Part shown: positions 38,183 through 47,583 of the stretch, in pieces
Numbering within the stretch: the stretch's first letter is position 1
Layout: each line of letters starts with the position of its first letter
Assembly (NCBI GenBank): GCA_037445065.1
Contig: JBBILD010000006.1
Span: 164,539 to 228,538, forward strand
Length of the DNA stretch: 64,000 nucleotides
DNA from: Myxococcales bacterium
Lineage (GTDB): Bacteria > Desulfobacterota > Binatia > HRBIN30
Direction of reading: 5' to 3'
Made by a program: the position numbers and the translations under genes
Notes under the pieces: model-generated
Databases searched by the model: none
Told to the model about the DNA's origin: nothing
Seen by the model: the letters and a program-made list of their open reading frames with translations, nothing else

Positions 38183-39856
38183 TCACGGGAAGACGAGGGC
38201 TCGCATCCCTTGCCGCAGGCGCACCGCACGGGTTGCGCTTGCCTCACCCAGCGTGATCGAAAAGGTAAAGGCGTTCCCGACGGGGACAAAATCGGAGTTG
38301 CGGCGGTTCACCACCGTGACTTTGTAGGAGCCCTCCGGCGTACGCACCAGGTCCACCACCGTCACCGCTTCGGACGTTCGTTCTCGGTAGCGCCAGCGGT
38401 TTCCGTTCACGTTGCGGAGCCATTGATCGGGAAGCACGCTGATCTGAAACAAGAACTCTCTCCCGGTGCGCGCGCTGATGAAGAAGGGTTGCGAGTCCGG
38501 TGACAAAGCAGAGTCGCTCGGCTGGAAGAGGCCCGTGATCAGCAGGCGCTGCCGAAGGGAGCCGCCAACGTCGGTTGCCACGAAGGCGCTCCGCTCGGTA
38601 ACGAATTCGCTGCCCTCTTCCGCGGGGTAAAGGGCGCAAACTGCGGCGTGGTCTTCGGCCCCTAAATAGGCACCACGAAAATCGAAGTGAGCCTGGTAAT
38701 ACATTGCCGCGTCTCGCTTGAGCAGGTCGGGCTCGTTGGGATCCTCCGAGGAGTGCGCCAAACCCAAAGAATGCCCGACCTCATGGGTGAGGACTTCTGC
38801 GAGGTTCGGGATGTTCCAGAACGGGCAGGAGCCGAAACCATTGGCGATCACGACATCGCCTTCGGTGATGACTGCATAAGAGCTGCCAGCGAAAGCGCGT
38901 TGCTCGTTGCTCCCACAGACTCCGCCCACGCCGAGCACTCCGACACAGTCAACCGGGTCGTCAATGTCGTCGAAGGGGTCGTTGAAGCTGATCTGGCTCA
39001 CACCGTTGCAGGTGGAGAAGGGACTCGGCTCGCCTTCCCCTTCGATCGTCGCGCGTACGCTCGAGCACGGAACCTGGCTCCATGCCTCCACAGCCTGCTC
39101 GGCCGCTGCCCGAGAGTTGTGTGGGCCGATACTGAGGTCCCCAGTTTCGTCAATCCGGAAACCCACGCGACCGCCTTCGTCGAACGCGAACCAACGCACT
39201 GCGGGCGGCCCACTGAATGCGAAGCGAGGGCGGCGCAGGGCGCCACTGGCTCGGCGGCTCGATAAAGGTGCTTTGCGCCGCTGGTAGGCAGGTTCCAGAG
39301 CTTGCAAGCGTTGCCACAGATCCGCCAGGCGGAAGGTTGTCGAAGTCGCCCGCAGAACCCGGCGCTTGCGCGGGTCGAGCACCAACCCTTCGTCAAGATT
39401 CCGCACGGCGTACTCCAACCCGCGCCGGTCGCGCACCACGCGAAACTTTCCCATGCCGAGGAACAAAGGGCGTAGCTCACCGTGGTTGTTCAAGCGGGCG
39501 AAGACCAAGATCTTTTCTCCAACGTAAAAGCGAGCTGTCCCGAACTGCCACCGAGAGAGGTGGCCATTGTCCCCGCTGGCCTCGACCAGCGTCACCGGGC
39601 TCGCCACCTCACGCTTGAGGGTTCGTTCCACTGCGACCTCGATGTTGGTCCGAACCCTACGGTCGTCCCCCACCGACTCGATCGAAGAAACAGTTCCGAC
39701 GAGAACCACGTCAGCCGCGTCGTAGAGTTCCTCTACGCCGGCCAACACGAACGTGGTTGCCAACAGGCTGCGCTCGGCGCCGAGCACAGCGATCACACTG
39801 ACGACGAGTGAGAGAGCGCGAACGAGGGAAAGTCCGGGCCCAGTTTTGTTGGTCAC
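38183..39856 (-). CDS. Secreted matrixin-like (metzincin) metallopeptidase
   Basis: Signal peptide, HEVGHSLGLAHS (HExxHxxGxxH), Met-turn AAMYY. Confidence 0.85.
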   Translation of the reverse strand: MTNKTGPGLSLVRALSLVVSVIAVLGAERSLLATTFVLAGVEELYDAADVVLVGTVSSIESVGDDRRVRTNIEVAVERTLKREVASPVTLVEASGDNGHLSRWQFGTARFYVGEKILVFARLNNHGELRPLFLGMGKFRVVRDRRGLEYAVRNLDEGLVLDPRKRRVLRATSTTFRLADLWQRLQALEPAYQRRKAPLSSRRASGALRRPRFAFSGPPAVRWFAFDEGGRVGFRIDETGDLSIGPHNSRAAAEQAVEAWSQVPCSSVRATIEGEGEPSPFSTCNGVSQISFNDPFDDIDDPVDCVGVLGVGGVCGSNEQRAFAGSSYAVITEGDVVIANGFGSCPFWNIPNLAEVLTHEVGHSLGLAHSSEDPNEPDLLKRDAAMYYQAHFDFRGAYLGAEDHAAVCALYPAEEGSEFVTERSAFVATDVGGSLRQRLLITGLFQPSDSALSPDSQPFFISARTGREFLFQISVLPDQWLRNVNGNRWRYRERTSEAVTVVDLVRTPEGSYKVTVVNRRNSDFVPVGNAFTFSITLGEASATRAVRLRQGMRALVFP

Positions 39857-40007
39857 AGAAAACTCCTGTGATGCGGCCTAAGAGCAAGCGGCGCGCCATT
39901 GGCGCTGTGGCGAAACAGCAAAAAGAAAGCGCAAATTACGTTTCGCTCGGCAGGGCCCGTTACCGTGCAGCGGCATAAAGTGTCAGCTTCCTGACTGCGC
40001 ACTGTCC

Positions 40008-42932
40008 ATGCGCTCGCAAAAAAACGTGGCCGGGCACGAGCAAACCATTCGTGCGTTGTGTACCGGGCAGGCATTGGGTAGCTTGCCTCGATCGAGGAAC
40101 GTGGTGCGGCAGGAGGAAGAACCCAAGAGGCAGGTGCGCGGTAAGGCCGCGCGATGGTCGCTGGCAGCGCTGCTTCTGATCGTGCTGCGCGCCACTGCAC
40201 TGCAGGCGGAGCGCCCAGGAGACGCAGACTGTAACAATATCCTCGGCCCCGACGATCTCACTGTGGCCGCTACGTGGATCTTTCGATCTCCACCCTGGCC
40301 GTGTTTGTCGGTAGATGGCAACGGGGATGGCAGGCTCAGCGCGGCAGACTTTTCTGCGCTGGCCGCCGCGATCGCTGCACCCGTTCCGGTTGGTCCGGTG
40401 ATGACGTTCCTGGGATTGGCGAGCGCGGACGGAACCCCGTTTTCTGTGGTGGAAACAGTGCAAGGGGTCCCGGTGTACGCGCGCCCTGCAGGGCAGGGGT
40501 TCAAAGTCGTGATCGAAGCTCGTCCTGGGAGAAACGGGGTCAGCGTAGGGCAAGTTGTGTTCCAGCGCGATCCCTTGCGCCCGGAAGTGAGGCCGGATTT
40601 GTGGGTCTTGGTGAGCGAGCCCTTGGGTGATGGCAGCCGCACTGTGTGCGAAGGTGGGGTGCCCGCGGTTCACCCTCCTGACTTTCGCCCACTCCGATCG
40701 GTAACGGACGCCATCAACGATCTGGGTTGCAACGTCACGGTGGCGACCTCCCCGGCTTTCGCCTGTACGCAGGACCGCTTTGGTCGTGGCGCCTTTGTTG
40801 GTGACGGAACGCAGGTACAATTCTGTTTTCAAGTCAGCCGGGCCCTCGTGTTCCGCGATGGCGAGACCCTTCTCAGTGCTGTGGTACGCGACGTTGCTGG
40901 TAACCTCGGGCCTCTGGGTCAGATTCGAGTTCGCGTCGGGCCGGGGCCCTTTCCGCCCTCGCCGACACCCACTTCGACGGCCACCGTGACCCCGCCCGTT
41001 CGCCCTCCGACTTTTACGCCACGCCCGAGCGCCACGCCGACCAACCCGCCTTCCACGACGCCGACACGAAGTGCAAGCCCGACTCGCCCAAAGACGGCCA
41101 CCCCCACGCCAACTCAGCCGCCGAGCGCTACGGCCACCCCAACCGGGATAGCGCCGAGTGCCACGCGAACTCCTACGCGCTCCGCGACCTCGACTGCGCG
41201 AGACGCAACTTCTACTCCAAGCACGCAGGTACCTACGGCCTCTTTTTCTCCTACGATCACCGCATCGAACACACGGATTCAGGAAACGCCGACCACAACC
41301 GCCACGCCCCCGCGTACCGCCAGCGCCACGAGAACGGCGACCTCGAGTCTGTCGCCTTCGTCCACAGCAACGCGCAGCGCCACCCGGTCGCCCACTCCGA
41401 CCCGATCGCCCTCCTCGACTGCGACCCGCTCGCTCACCCCGACGCGTACCCAGGCTGCAGCGAGCGGGCCGGTGGTGACCTATTTTGGACTTACCCGCGC
41501 CGATGACACCTTACTGGATCCGGCAGCGATCAGCCCCGAGGGCATCCCCATTTTTGTCCGCCCGCAAGGCTTTGGTTTCAACGTGGTGGTGGAAGCAGGA
41601 CGCGGCGTAAGTGGGCTCGAAGTGGGTCAGCAGACCTACGTTCCCTCGTTGACATCGCTGCCCGATTTGCAAATCGTGGCGTCGCGCCCACTTGGCGACG
41701 GTAGCGAGGTCGTGTGTGACAGCAGTGGGCCGAACGCCGGCGGCGTACCGGCAGTACACCCACCTCAGTTCACCCCTACGGAAGACGTGATCCGCGCGGT
41801 CAACGATCTTGCCTGCCGTTTCGTGGATGGTACAGGGCGCCCCCAAGGGCGCGGCAGCGGTGATGCTTGCACGCGGGTGCCACCCGAACAGGACTTCGGG
41901 TTCGTTGCTGGGAGCGCGACCGCGGTCCAGTTCTGCGCGCCGGTGACCCGCGCGATGGAATTCCCGCCTGGCGACACCCTGCTTACCGTGCGTGTCTTGG
42001 ATCGCGCCAGCCCGGACGCCCCTCCGGGCAGCGGGACCCCCGGACCGGTGGCACGAATCATCGTCCGTGTTGGCAGTGCTCAGCCTGTCTCCGCTACTCC
42101 AACTTCAACTCCGACTCCGACTTTAACGAGGACGCCTACGCGTACTGCCACACCCACATTCCGAGATCTCAGTCCGACAGCGACCCGAACGCCAAGCCGT
42201 ACGGCTAGCCCGTCCACGTCTCCCGACCTGCCACTTCCTACTCCTTCGCCGACGCGCACTGCCACCCGAACCGCTACCGGCACCGCCACCCGCACGCGTA
42301 CGCGCACCGCCACTGCAACCCGTACAGCCAGCCCGACTGCGACCGTAAGCTTGGGCCCGGTGGTAACCTTCTTCGGCTTGGCGCGGGCGGACGGGCTATT
42401 GGTACCCGCGGAGGGCAACGCGGAAGATGGGACACCGATTTTCCGGCGGCCACTCGGGGCAGGATTCACTCTCGTGCTGGAAGCGAAGCCGGGTGCCAGC
42501 GGGCGGCCGGTAGGTCTCTTCACGTTCCGGAGCGATCTTTCGGATCTGCCAGACCTGCAAATCGTTGCTAGCCGCCCATTGGGGGACGGCAGCGAGGAGG
42601 TGTGTGACGCCCGTCCTCCGGCGGCCGGAGGAGTGCCTGCCACCGACCCACCGCGCTTCGACCAGATCGGCGTAGTGAACGACCTTGCCTGCCGCTTCCG
42701 AGATGGTGTGGACCAGCCGCAGGGGCGGACCGCTGTGGACGCCTGTGTGCAGTTCGAGAACGGCAGTTTCGGATTCGTGGCCGCGGACTCGACGGTGCAG
42801 TTCTGTGCACTCGTGGATCGCGCTTGGGCCTTTCCCGATGGAGACACCTTGCTCACGGCCCGCGTACGCGACGCAAGTGGCAATGTGGGCGCCACTGCCC
42901 GCATTCTCGTACGAGTGGGCGGGTCACCGTGA
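40008..42932 (+). CDS. Secreted protein: dockerin-like N-terminus, three copies of a ~190-aa Cys-containing domain, Thr/Pro/Ser linkers
   Basis: Signal WSLAALLLIVLRATALQA, then GDADCNNILGPDDL and DGNGDGRLSAADF. Repeats at ~40392-40940, ~41466-42074 and ~42354-42920. The true start may be GTG 40101 or 40134. Confidence 0.85.
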   Translation: MRSQKNVAGHEQTIRALCTGQALGSLPRSRNVVRQEEEPKRQVRGKAARWSLAALLLIVLRATALQAERPGDADCNNILGPDDLTVAATWIFRSPPWPCLSVDGNGDGRLSAADFSALAAAIAAPVPVGPVMTFLGLASADGTPFSVVETVQGVPVYARPAGQGFKVVIEARPGRNGVSVGQVVFQRDPLRPEVRPDLWVLVSEPLGDGSRTVCEGGVPAVHPPDFRPLRSVTDAINDLGCNVTVATSPAFACTQDRFGRGAFVGDGTQVQFCFQVSRALVFRDGETLLSAVVRDVAGNLGPLGQIRVRVGPGPFPPSPTPTSTATVTPPVRPPTFTPRPSATPTNPPSTTPTRSASPTRPKTATPTPTQPPSATATPTGIAPSATRTPTRSATSTARDATSTPSTQVPTASFSPTITASNTRIQETPTTTATPPRTASATRTATSSLSPSSTATRSATRSPTPTRSPSSTATRSLTPTRTQAAASGPVVTYFGLTRADDTLLDPAAISPEGIPIFVRPQGFGFNVVVEAGRGVSGLEVGQQTYVPSLTSLPDLQIVASRPLGDGSEVVCDSSGPNAGGVPAVHPPQFTPTEDVIRAVNDLACRFVDGTGRPQGRGSGDACTRVPPEQDFGFVAGSATAVQFCAPVTRAMEFPPGDTLLTVRVLDRASPDAPPGSGTPGPVARIIVRVGSAQPVSATPTSTPTPTLTRTPTRTATPTFRDLSPTATRTPSRTASPSTSPDLPLPTPSPTRTATRTATGTATRTRTRTATATRTASPTATVSLGPVVTFFGLARADGLLVPAEGNAEDGTPIFRRPLGAGFTLVLEAKPGASGRPVGLFTFRSDLSDLPDLQIVASRPLGDGSEEVCDARPPAAGGVPATDPPRFDQIGVVNDLACRFRDGVDQPQGRTAVDACVQFENGSFGFVAADSTVQFCALVDRAWAFPDGDTLLTARVRDASGNVGATARILVRVGGSP

Positions 42933-42999
42933 GCGGGTCGTGCCCACTTTTCCCAGGACGGCCAGCTCGCCAAGAATCGAGTCCGCGCGGTAAAGGCTC

Positions 43000-43578
43000 T
43001 CAAGACGTGGCGCTTCTGGCACGGCGGTAGTACCACTCATCGCGGCGTAAGAGGTAAACGCGGAGGGGATGCTTCGGCCCTGGTACTTCTCGCAAGCAAC
43101 GGAAACCGAGGCGCTCGACTATACGCCGAGAAGCCGAGTTGGGAAGGTCATGCACGGCAGCGATCACCTCTTGGTCGAGCACGGTAAACGCGTGCCGCAG
43201 AAGAGCATGGAGCGCCTCGCAGGCGTAGCCGCGATGCCACCACCGGGGTGCCAGCGCGACCAGGATCTCCAGCGTTCCAGCTAACTCGGGGGCGCGGCGG
43301 GACGCCTCGATGGCCGGCAGTAAACCGGCGCATCCGATCAGGAGCTTCGACTCACGTAGGAACAGCAACCATAAGCCGTACCCAGAGGGCTGGCAGGAGA
43401 GCGCGTTGTCCAGAGCCTTGGCCGCCAGGGCCCTGGAGACCGGCTGGTCATCGAACAGAAAGCGCCGAACCTCGCTGTTGTTCCAAAGCCGGTGCAAGAC
43501 CGCGAGATCGGGGCGCCGCGCCGGGCGAAGTCGGAGGCGCGCCGTACGAAAAGCCGGCTGGGGAGGCGTGGGCGGCAT
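43000..43578 (-). CDS. GNAT (RimJ/RimL-type) N-acetyltransferase
   Basis: RTARLRLRP, LIGCAGL, WWHRGYACEAL, NSASRRIVERLGF. Confidence 0.85.
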   Translation of the reverse strand: MPPTPPQPAFRTARLRLRPARRPDLAVLHRLWNNSEVRRFLFDDQPVSRALAAKALDNALSCQPSGYGLWLLFLRESKLLIGCAGLLPAIEASRRAPELAGTLEILVALAPRWWHRGYACEALHALLRHAFTVLDQEVIAAVHDLPNSASRRIVERLGFRCLREVPGPKHPLRVYLLRRDEWYYRRARSATS

Positions 43579-43967
43579 CGCGGTGGCGAAACAGTTTTGA
43601 GAACCACTCTGGCGAACAATGGGCGGCTCCGCAAGTTCGTAAGGACTGACAGGGAACGACATGTCCCCTTTGCTGCAGGAGCGCGGAGCTAGGCGCAGCA
43701 AGGAAGGTCTCGCGCTTGCTCCCTTGCCGGCGCCGAGCCGAATGCCGAGAACCGGGGCGAGAACCATCGACTTGCGCGGGCTGCGAACAGCGGCGGTCTT
43801 CCCTGCTCGGTGCTGAAACACAGAGGCGCGGGCTCGACCGCCACTTTGCCGTCACGCGACGCGCAAGTGTTACCTGTGCGCCGCAAGGGAGGCGCGTGGA
43901 TCGGTGAGGGGAACTCGCAAACTCGGGTTGCAAGCGACGGTACGCTTCCTGCTGGCCATTGGCACTT

Positions 43968-44129
43968 ATGATTCGCGGGCGTCTTGTACCTGTGGCTGTT
44001 CCGAAACCACGCCTTCCCTCGGAGCGAGCGGAAGGCGGGCTCCACCAATGGGAATCGCTGGTTTTGGCCGTTCTCGTCGGGCTCGTGGTCCTGAGCGCTT
44101 TGTTCGTCTCCATTCCCAGCATCCGGTGA
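43968..44129 (+). CDS. Candidate 53-aa single-pass membrane protein (absent from the ORF track)
   Basis: MIRGRLVPVAVPKPRLPSERAEGGLHQWESLVLAVLVGLVVLSALFVSIPSIR*, followed by a GC hairpin at 44163-44189. No clear RBS. Confidence 0.35.
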   Translation: MIRGRLVPVAVPKPRLPSERAEGGLHQWESLVLAVLVGLVVLSALFVSIPSIR

Positions 44130-44234
44130 ATTGGGACAGCGGTCTACGGTTGCCTTGGAGGTGGCGGCGGGGCGCAAACCTCTGCCGCCGGTTGGTTGAC
44201 CAGGGATGGGATTCTCCGTACGATCGGCTCGGTC

Positions 44235-44786
44235 ATGAAGCGCTGGTTTGCCCTTTCGGCCATTGGCCCCGATCGTCCGGGGATTGTCGCGGACTTGGCC
44301 GAACTCATTTACGAGTGCGACTGCAACCTCGAAGACTCGAGCATGACCGTGCTCGGGAGCGAGTTTGCAGTGTTGCTGTTGCTCACGGGCGAGGGAGAAA
44401 ACATCGAGCAACGCCTTTCTTCGGCTTGTAAACGTCTGGAATGGGAAAAGCGGCTGACGGTCTTTTTTAGGCCACTGGAGACTGAGCCGGTCTCGTACCG
44501 AGTGGCAGCGCGGGCCAAGCCGTATCTGTTGCAGGCCAGCGGCGTGGATAAGGCTGGAATTGTTGCGCGCGTGGCTCGCACGCTGGCGGGTCATGGGGTG
44601 AACATTACGCGCATGGAAACCGTGTCCCGGCCGGAGCCGGGTACGGGAACTCCGATTTACCACATGCGGATTTGGATGGATGTGCCAGCCAGCGCCGAGT
44701 TGTCGCGGTTGCGAGAGGATTTGGAGCGAGTGGCTGCCGAATTGCTGATCGACATTTCGCTCGAGCCAACGCCTGCGAACGACTGA
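44235..44786 (+). CDS. GcvR-like tandem ACT domain protein
   Basis: AIGPDRPGIVA...CNLEDSSMT and GVDKAGIVARVA...VNIT (two ACT domains). Confidence 0.88.
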   Translation: MKRWFALSAIGPDRPGIVADLAELIYECDCNLEDSSMTVLGSEFAVLLLLTGEGENIEQRLSSACKRLEWEKRLTVFFRPLETEPVSYRVAARAKPYLLQASGVDKAGIVARVARTLAGHGVNITRMETVSRPEPGTGTPIYHMRIWMDVPASAELSRLREDLERVAAELLIDISLEPTPAND

Positions 44787-44869
44787 CTCTTCTAAGGACT
44801 GACTCCGCTTGCGTTTCCAAGTGCTGGGCCTGCTGCTAGGGAACGGGTCTACCGCAAGGAGGAGTGCCC

Positions 44870-45064
44870 ATGTTTGGCCTCGGTGTTCCAGAGTTGGTCG
44901 TGATCCTCGTCGTTGCCCTGCTGATTTTTGGGCCCGGGAAGCTCCCCGAGATTGGAGCTGCTCTGGGTAAGGGTATCCGCGATTTTAAACGCAGCTTCGA
45001 GGGGCGGGACGAAGAAGAAGCCAAACAGCTGGACGAGGGAAAGCAAAAGCCCCCTACCAATTGA
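44870..45064 (+). CDS. tatA: Twin-arginine translocase subunit TatA
   Basis: [50 protein letters not shown]. Confidence 0.95.
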   Translation: MFGLGVPELVVILVVALLIFGPGKLPEIGAALGKGIRDFKRSFEGRDEEEAKQLDEGKQKPPTN

Positions 45065-45181
45065 GAGAAGCGATTCCACGGCCGGTCGGCCCGACCGAAG
45101 AGCCACTTGGCTCCGCGAGGCTAAGCCGGAAAGTTAAAGAACCCGACCGCGGCCGGTATGGGCCAGTGACCGGTGCCTCTC
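45063..45181. ncRNA. Candidate structured non-coding RNA of unknown class
   Basis: Nested pairings GAGAG/CTCTC and CGGCCG-GTCGG/CCGAC-CG-CGGCCG, inner hairpins, a purine-rich unpaired segment and a potential pseudoknot. Lies between convergent genes. Confidence 0.45.
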
Positions 45182-45262
45182 GACGTTGTCGGTGCTCAGC
45201 ACGGGTACTACGCCACTTCCGGTGGCAACCTGCTCCAAAAACGCGGGAAGGATTTTTCGCCC

Positions 45263-45760
45263 TCACTCGCCGCGATAGAGGCGGATCCGCTTCGGGTCTT
45301 TCACTCCAGCTAGCAGCTCGGAAACCGTTTTTCCTAAGACAGGATGCAGGAAGTGAGGAGCTAGCTCGGCCAGTGGCATTAAGACGAAACGCCGATTCTG
45401 GATCTCAGGGTGGGGGAGCTTGAGGTTGCGTTTGTTCAAGATGGCGTTCTCGTAAAACAGGATATCGAGATCGATCACGCGGGAACCCCAACGCTTTCCT
45501 TTGACCCGCTTCCGACCCATGGCTTCTTCGATCGCTAGAAGCTTCTTCAGTAGCTCCTCTGGCGAGAGTTCAGTTTGCAGTTCGACCACCGAGTTTACGA
45601 ACCAGTTTTTTGCGTCGCCATGAGGCTCGCTTTCGTAAAAGGAAGATTGGCGGACGACTCGCGTGTAGGGGATCTGGTTCATGCGTTCGATGGCTTCCAT
45701 GTGGTTCGCTTTGCGGTTTCCTCGGTTCGAGCCTATTGCCACGAAAACCTGATGGGGCAT
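45263..45760 (-). CDS. folK: 2-amino-4-hydroxy-6-hydroxymethyldihydropteridine pyrophosphokinase
   Basis: VAIGSNRG, SSFYESEP, WGSRVIDLDIL, LPHPEIQNRRFVLMPL. Confidence 0.95.
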   Translation of the reverse strand: MPHQVFVAIGSNRGNRKANHMEAIERMNQIPYTRVVRQSSFYESEPHGDAKNWFVNSVVELQTELSPEELLKKLLAIEEAMGRKRVKGKRWGSRVIDLDILFYENAILNKRNLKLPHPEIQNRRFVLMPLAELAPHFLHPVLGKTVSELLAGVKDPKRIRLYRGE

Positions 45761-46005
45761 CCCTCGACAACCTCCGCTCCGACCTGAGCCACCTCTTGTG
45801 TGCCACCTTCCCCGGACCGCGGTTTTGCGTCCCAGGCACCCAACACCGCGCGATCGCCTGCGACATCTTCGACGCGACCGCTAGCTGACCCTTACCGCGC
45901 TTTTTGTCCTTTTACAACTCGCGCAGTTTGGGTTTGGTAAGTTGCTTGCTGGCAAACGCCCGCGATGCTACGCGCGACCGGCTTTTTTTGACCAGGAGGC
46001 ACGCG

Positions 46006-47172
46006 ATGGAGATCGCTCAACGCCTGAAACGCATTCCGCCGTACCTCTTTATGGAGTTGCGGCAAAAGATCGCCCGCGCCCGAGCCGAAGGGGTCGATGT
46101 GATCAGTTTGGCCATCGGTGACCCCGTAGAACCTACGCCGGAGTTGGTGGTGGAAGAGTTGAGCCGTGCGGCGCGAGACCCGGCGAACCACCGTTACCCA
46201 ACGGATGAAGAGAAAGGGATGCTTGCGTTTCGGCAGGTAGTGGCACGTTGGTACCAGCGCCGGTACGGTGTGGAGGTCGACCCGGCGACCGAGGTGATCG
46301 CGCTGATTGGCTCGAAGGAGGGCTGTCACCACTTTGTGCTCGCGCGCGTGAACCCGGGCGATGTTGTGTTGATGACCGATCCTGGCTACCCGGCGTACCG
46401 GGCCAGCATTCTGATCGGAGGAGGGGAGCCGGTGAGTGTCCCGATTCGGGCAGAACACGGCTACCTGCCCCAACTGCGCGATATCCCCACGGACGTGGCG
46501 CGGAAGGCGTCGGCCATCTTCCTCAACTATCCCAACAATCCGACGGGAGCGACTGCGACCCGGCAGTTTTTACAGGAGCTGGTCGAATTTGCTCGATCGT
46601 TCGACATCGCGGTGTGTTACGATAACCCGTACAGCGAGATTGTCTTCGATGGCGAACCGCGCCTGAGCTTCTTGTCTGTGCCGGGAGCCAAAGAGGTCGG
46701 CATCGAACTCAACTCTCTGTCCAAACCATTCAACATGACCGGTTGGCGCCTGGGCATGGCTTTGGGAAACCGCGACCTGATTGCAGGGATTTCGCAGGTC
46801 AAGGAAAACACCGACTCGGGCGTCTTCAATGCAATCCAGTACGCCGGGATCGTTGCCCTCGAGCGGTGCGAGAGCAACATCGAAGCGATGCTCTCGATTT
46901 ACCGCCGCCGGCGGGAACTGGTGCTGGGCACGCTCCGCAGTCTTGGTTTCGATTTTACCCCAGCGCGGGGAACCTTCTACCTTTGGGTACCCACGCCGCG
47001 AGGGATGAGCAGCGTGGACTTCGCTACGTTCCTGTTCGAACGAGCGCACGTTGTTGTCGCCGCTGGTGCGGCCTACGGCACTTACGGCGAAGGCTACGTG
47101 CGTTTCTCATTGACTGTACCCGACGACCGTCTGCACGAAGCCATGGAGCGGATCCGCAAAGCCCTCTCCTGA
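46006..47172 (+). CDS. dapL: LL-diaminopimelate aminotransferase-like class I PLP aminotransferase
   Basis: IPPYLF, IGSKEG, DPGYPAY, NYPNNPTGA, SLSKPFNMTGWRLG, GEGYVRFSLT. AGGAGG RBS. Confidence 0.78.
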   Translation: MEIAQRLKRIPPYLFMELRQKIARARAEGVDVISLAIGDPVEPTPELVVEELSRAARDPANHRYPTDEEKGMLAFRQVVARWYQRRYGVEVDPATEVIALIGSKEGCHHFVLARVNPGDVVLMTDPGYPAYRASILIGGGEPVSVPIRAEHGYLPQLRDIPTDVARKASAIFLNYPNNPTGATATRQFLQELVEFARSFDIAVCYDNPYSEIVFDGEPRLSFLSVPGAKEVGIELNSLSKPFNMTGWRLGMALGNRDLIAGISQVKENTDSGVFNAIQYAGIVALERCESNIEAMLSIYRRRRELVLGTLRSLGFDFTPARGTFYLWVPTPRGMSSVDFATFLFERAHVVVAAGAAYGTYGEGYVRFSLTVPDDRLHEAMERIRKALS

Positions 47173-47473
47173 ACAGCATACTCGACACAGTCGCCTCTGT
47201 CTTGGATCTGCTGGCAGCGATGTTGGGCTGGTGCGGAGGAAGGGCCCGTTGGGCAAGCGGATCGCCCGCTAGCGCCGGGGCGCCGCACGAGCAGCTAGGA
47301 ATCAGGGTATCGCCGGGCGCCGTCTGCGACCGGCGATACAGGCCCGGTACGCTCGACTTCCAACTCTTGCAAGCTTTCCGAGTTGGAGGTGAGAATGGGT
47401 GGCTTGGCCACCGGGGTCGCAGCTTCTTCCTGCGCGACGGACGTTCATCGGGAACCGTTCCCAGGTCGGGATA

Positions 47474-47562
47474 CGGAGAGGGAGGGATTCGAACCCTCGG
47501 TAGAGTTTTAGCCCTACACACGCTTAGCAGGCGTGCGCCTTCGACCACTCGGCCACCTCTCC
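47474..47562 (-). tRNA. tRNA-Ser(GCT)
   Basis: GGAGAGG/CCTCTCC acceptor stem, anticodon arm CACGC-CTGCTAA-GCGTG, long variable arm, GGTTCGAATCC. CCA is not encoded. Confidence 0.96.
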
Positions 47563-47583
47563 AAGCGCCGATGTCGCGCTTGC

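Noticed and set aside
40960..41460. CRISPR or tandem DNA repeat array
   Set aside because: The repetitiveness is codon-level Thr/Pro/Ser linker sequence, with no identical repeats separated by spacers.
47172..47473. SRP RNA or integrated-element remnant downstream of tRNA-Ser
   Set aside because: A few hairpins are present, but no SRP domain IV motif, integrase fragment or att repeat is recognisable.
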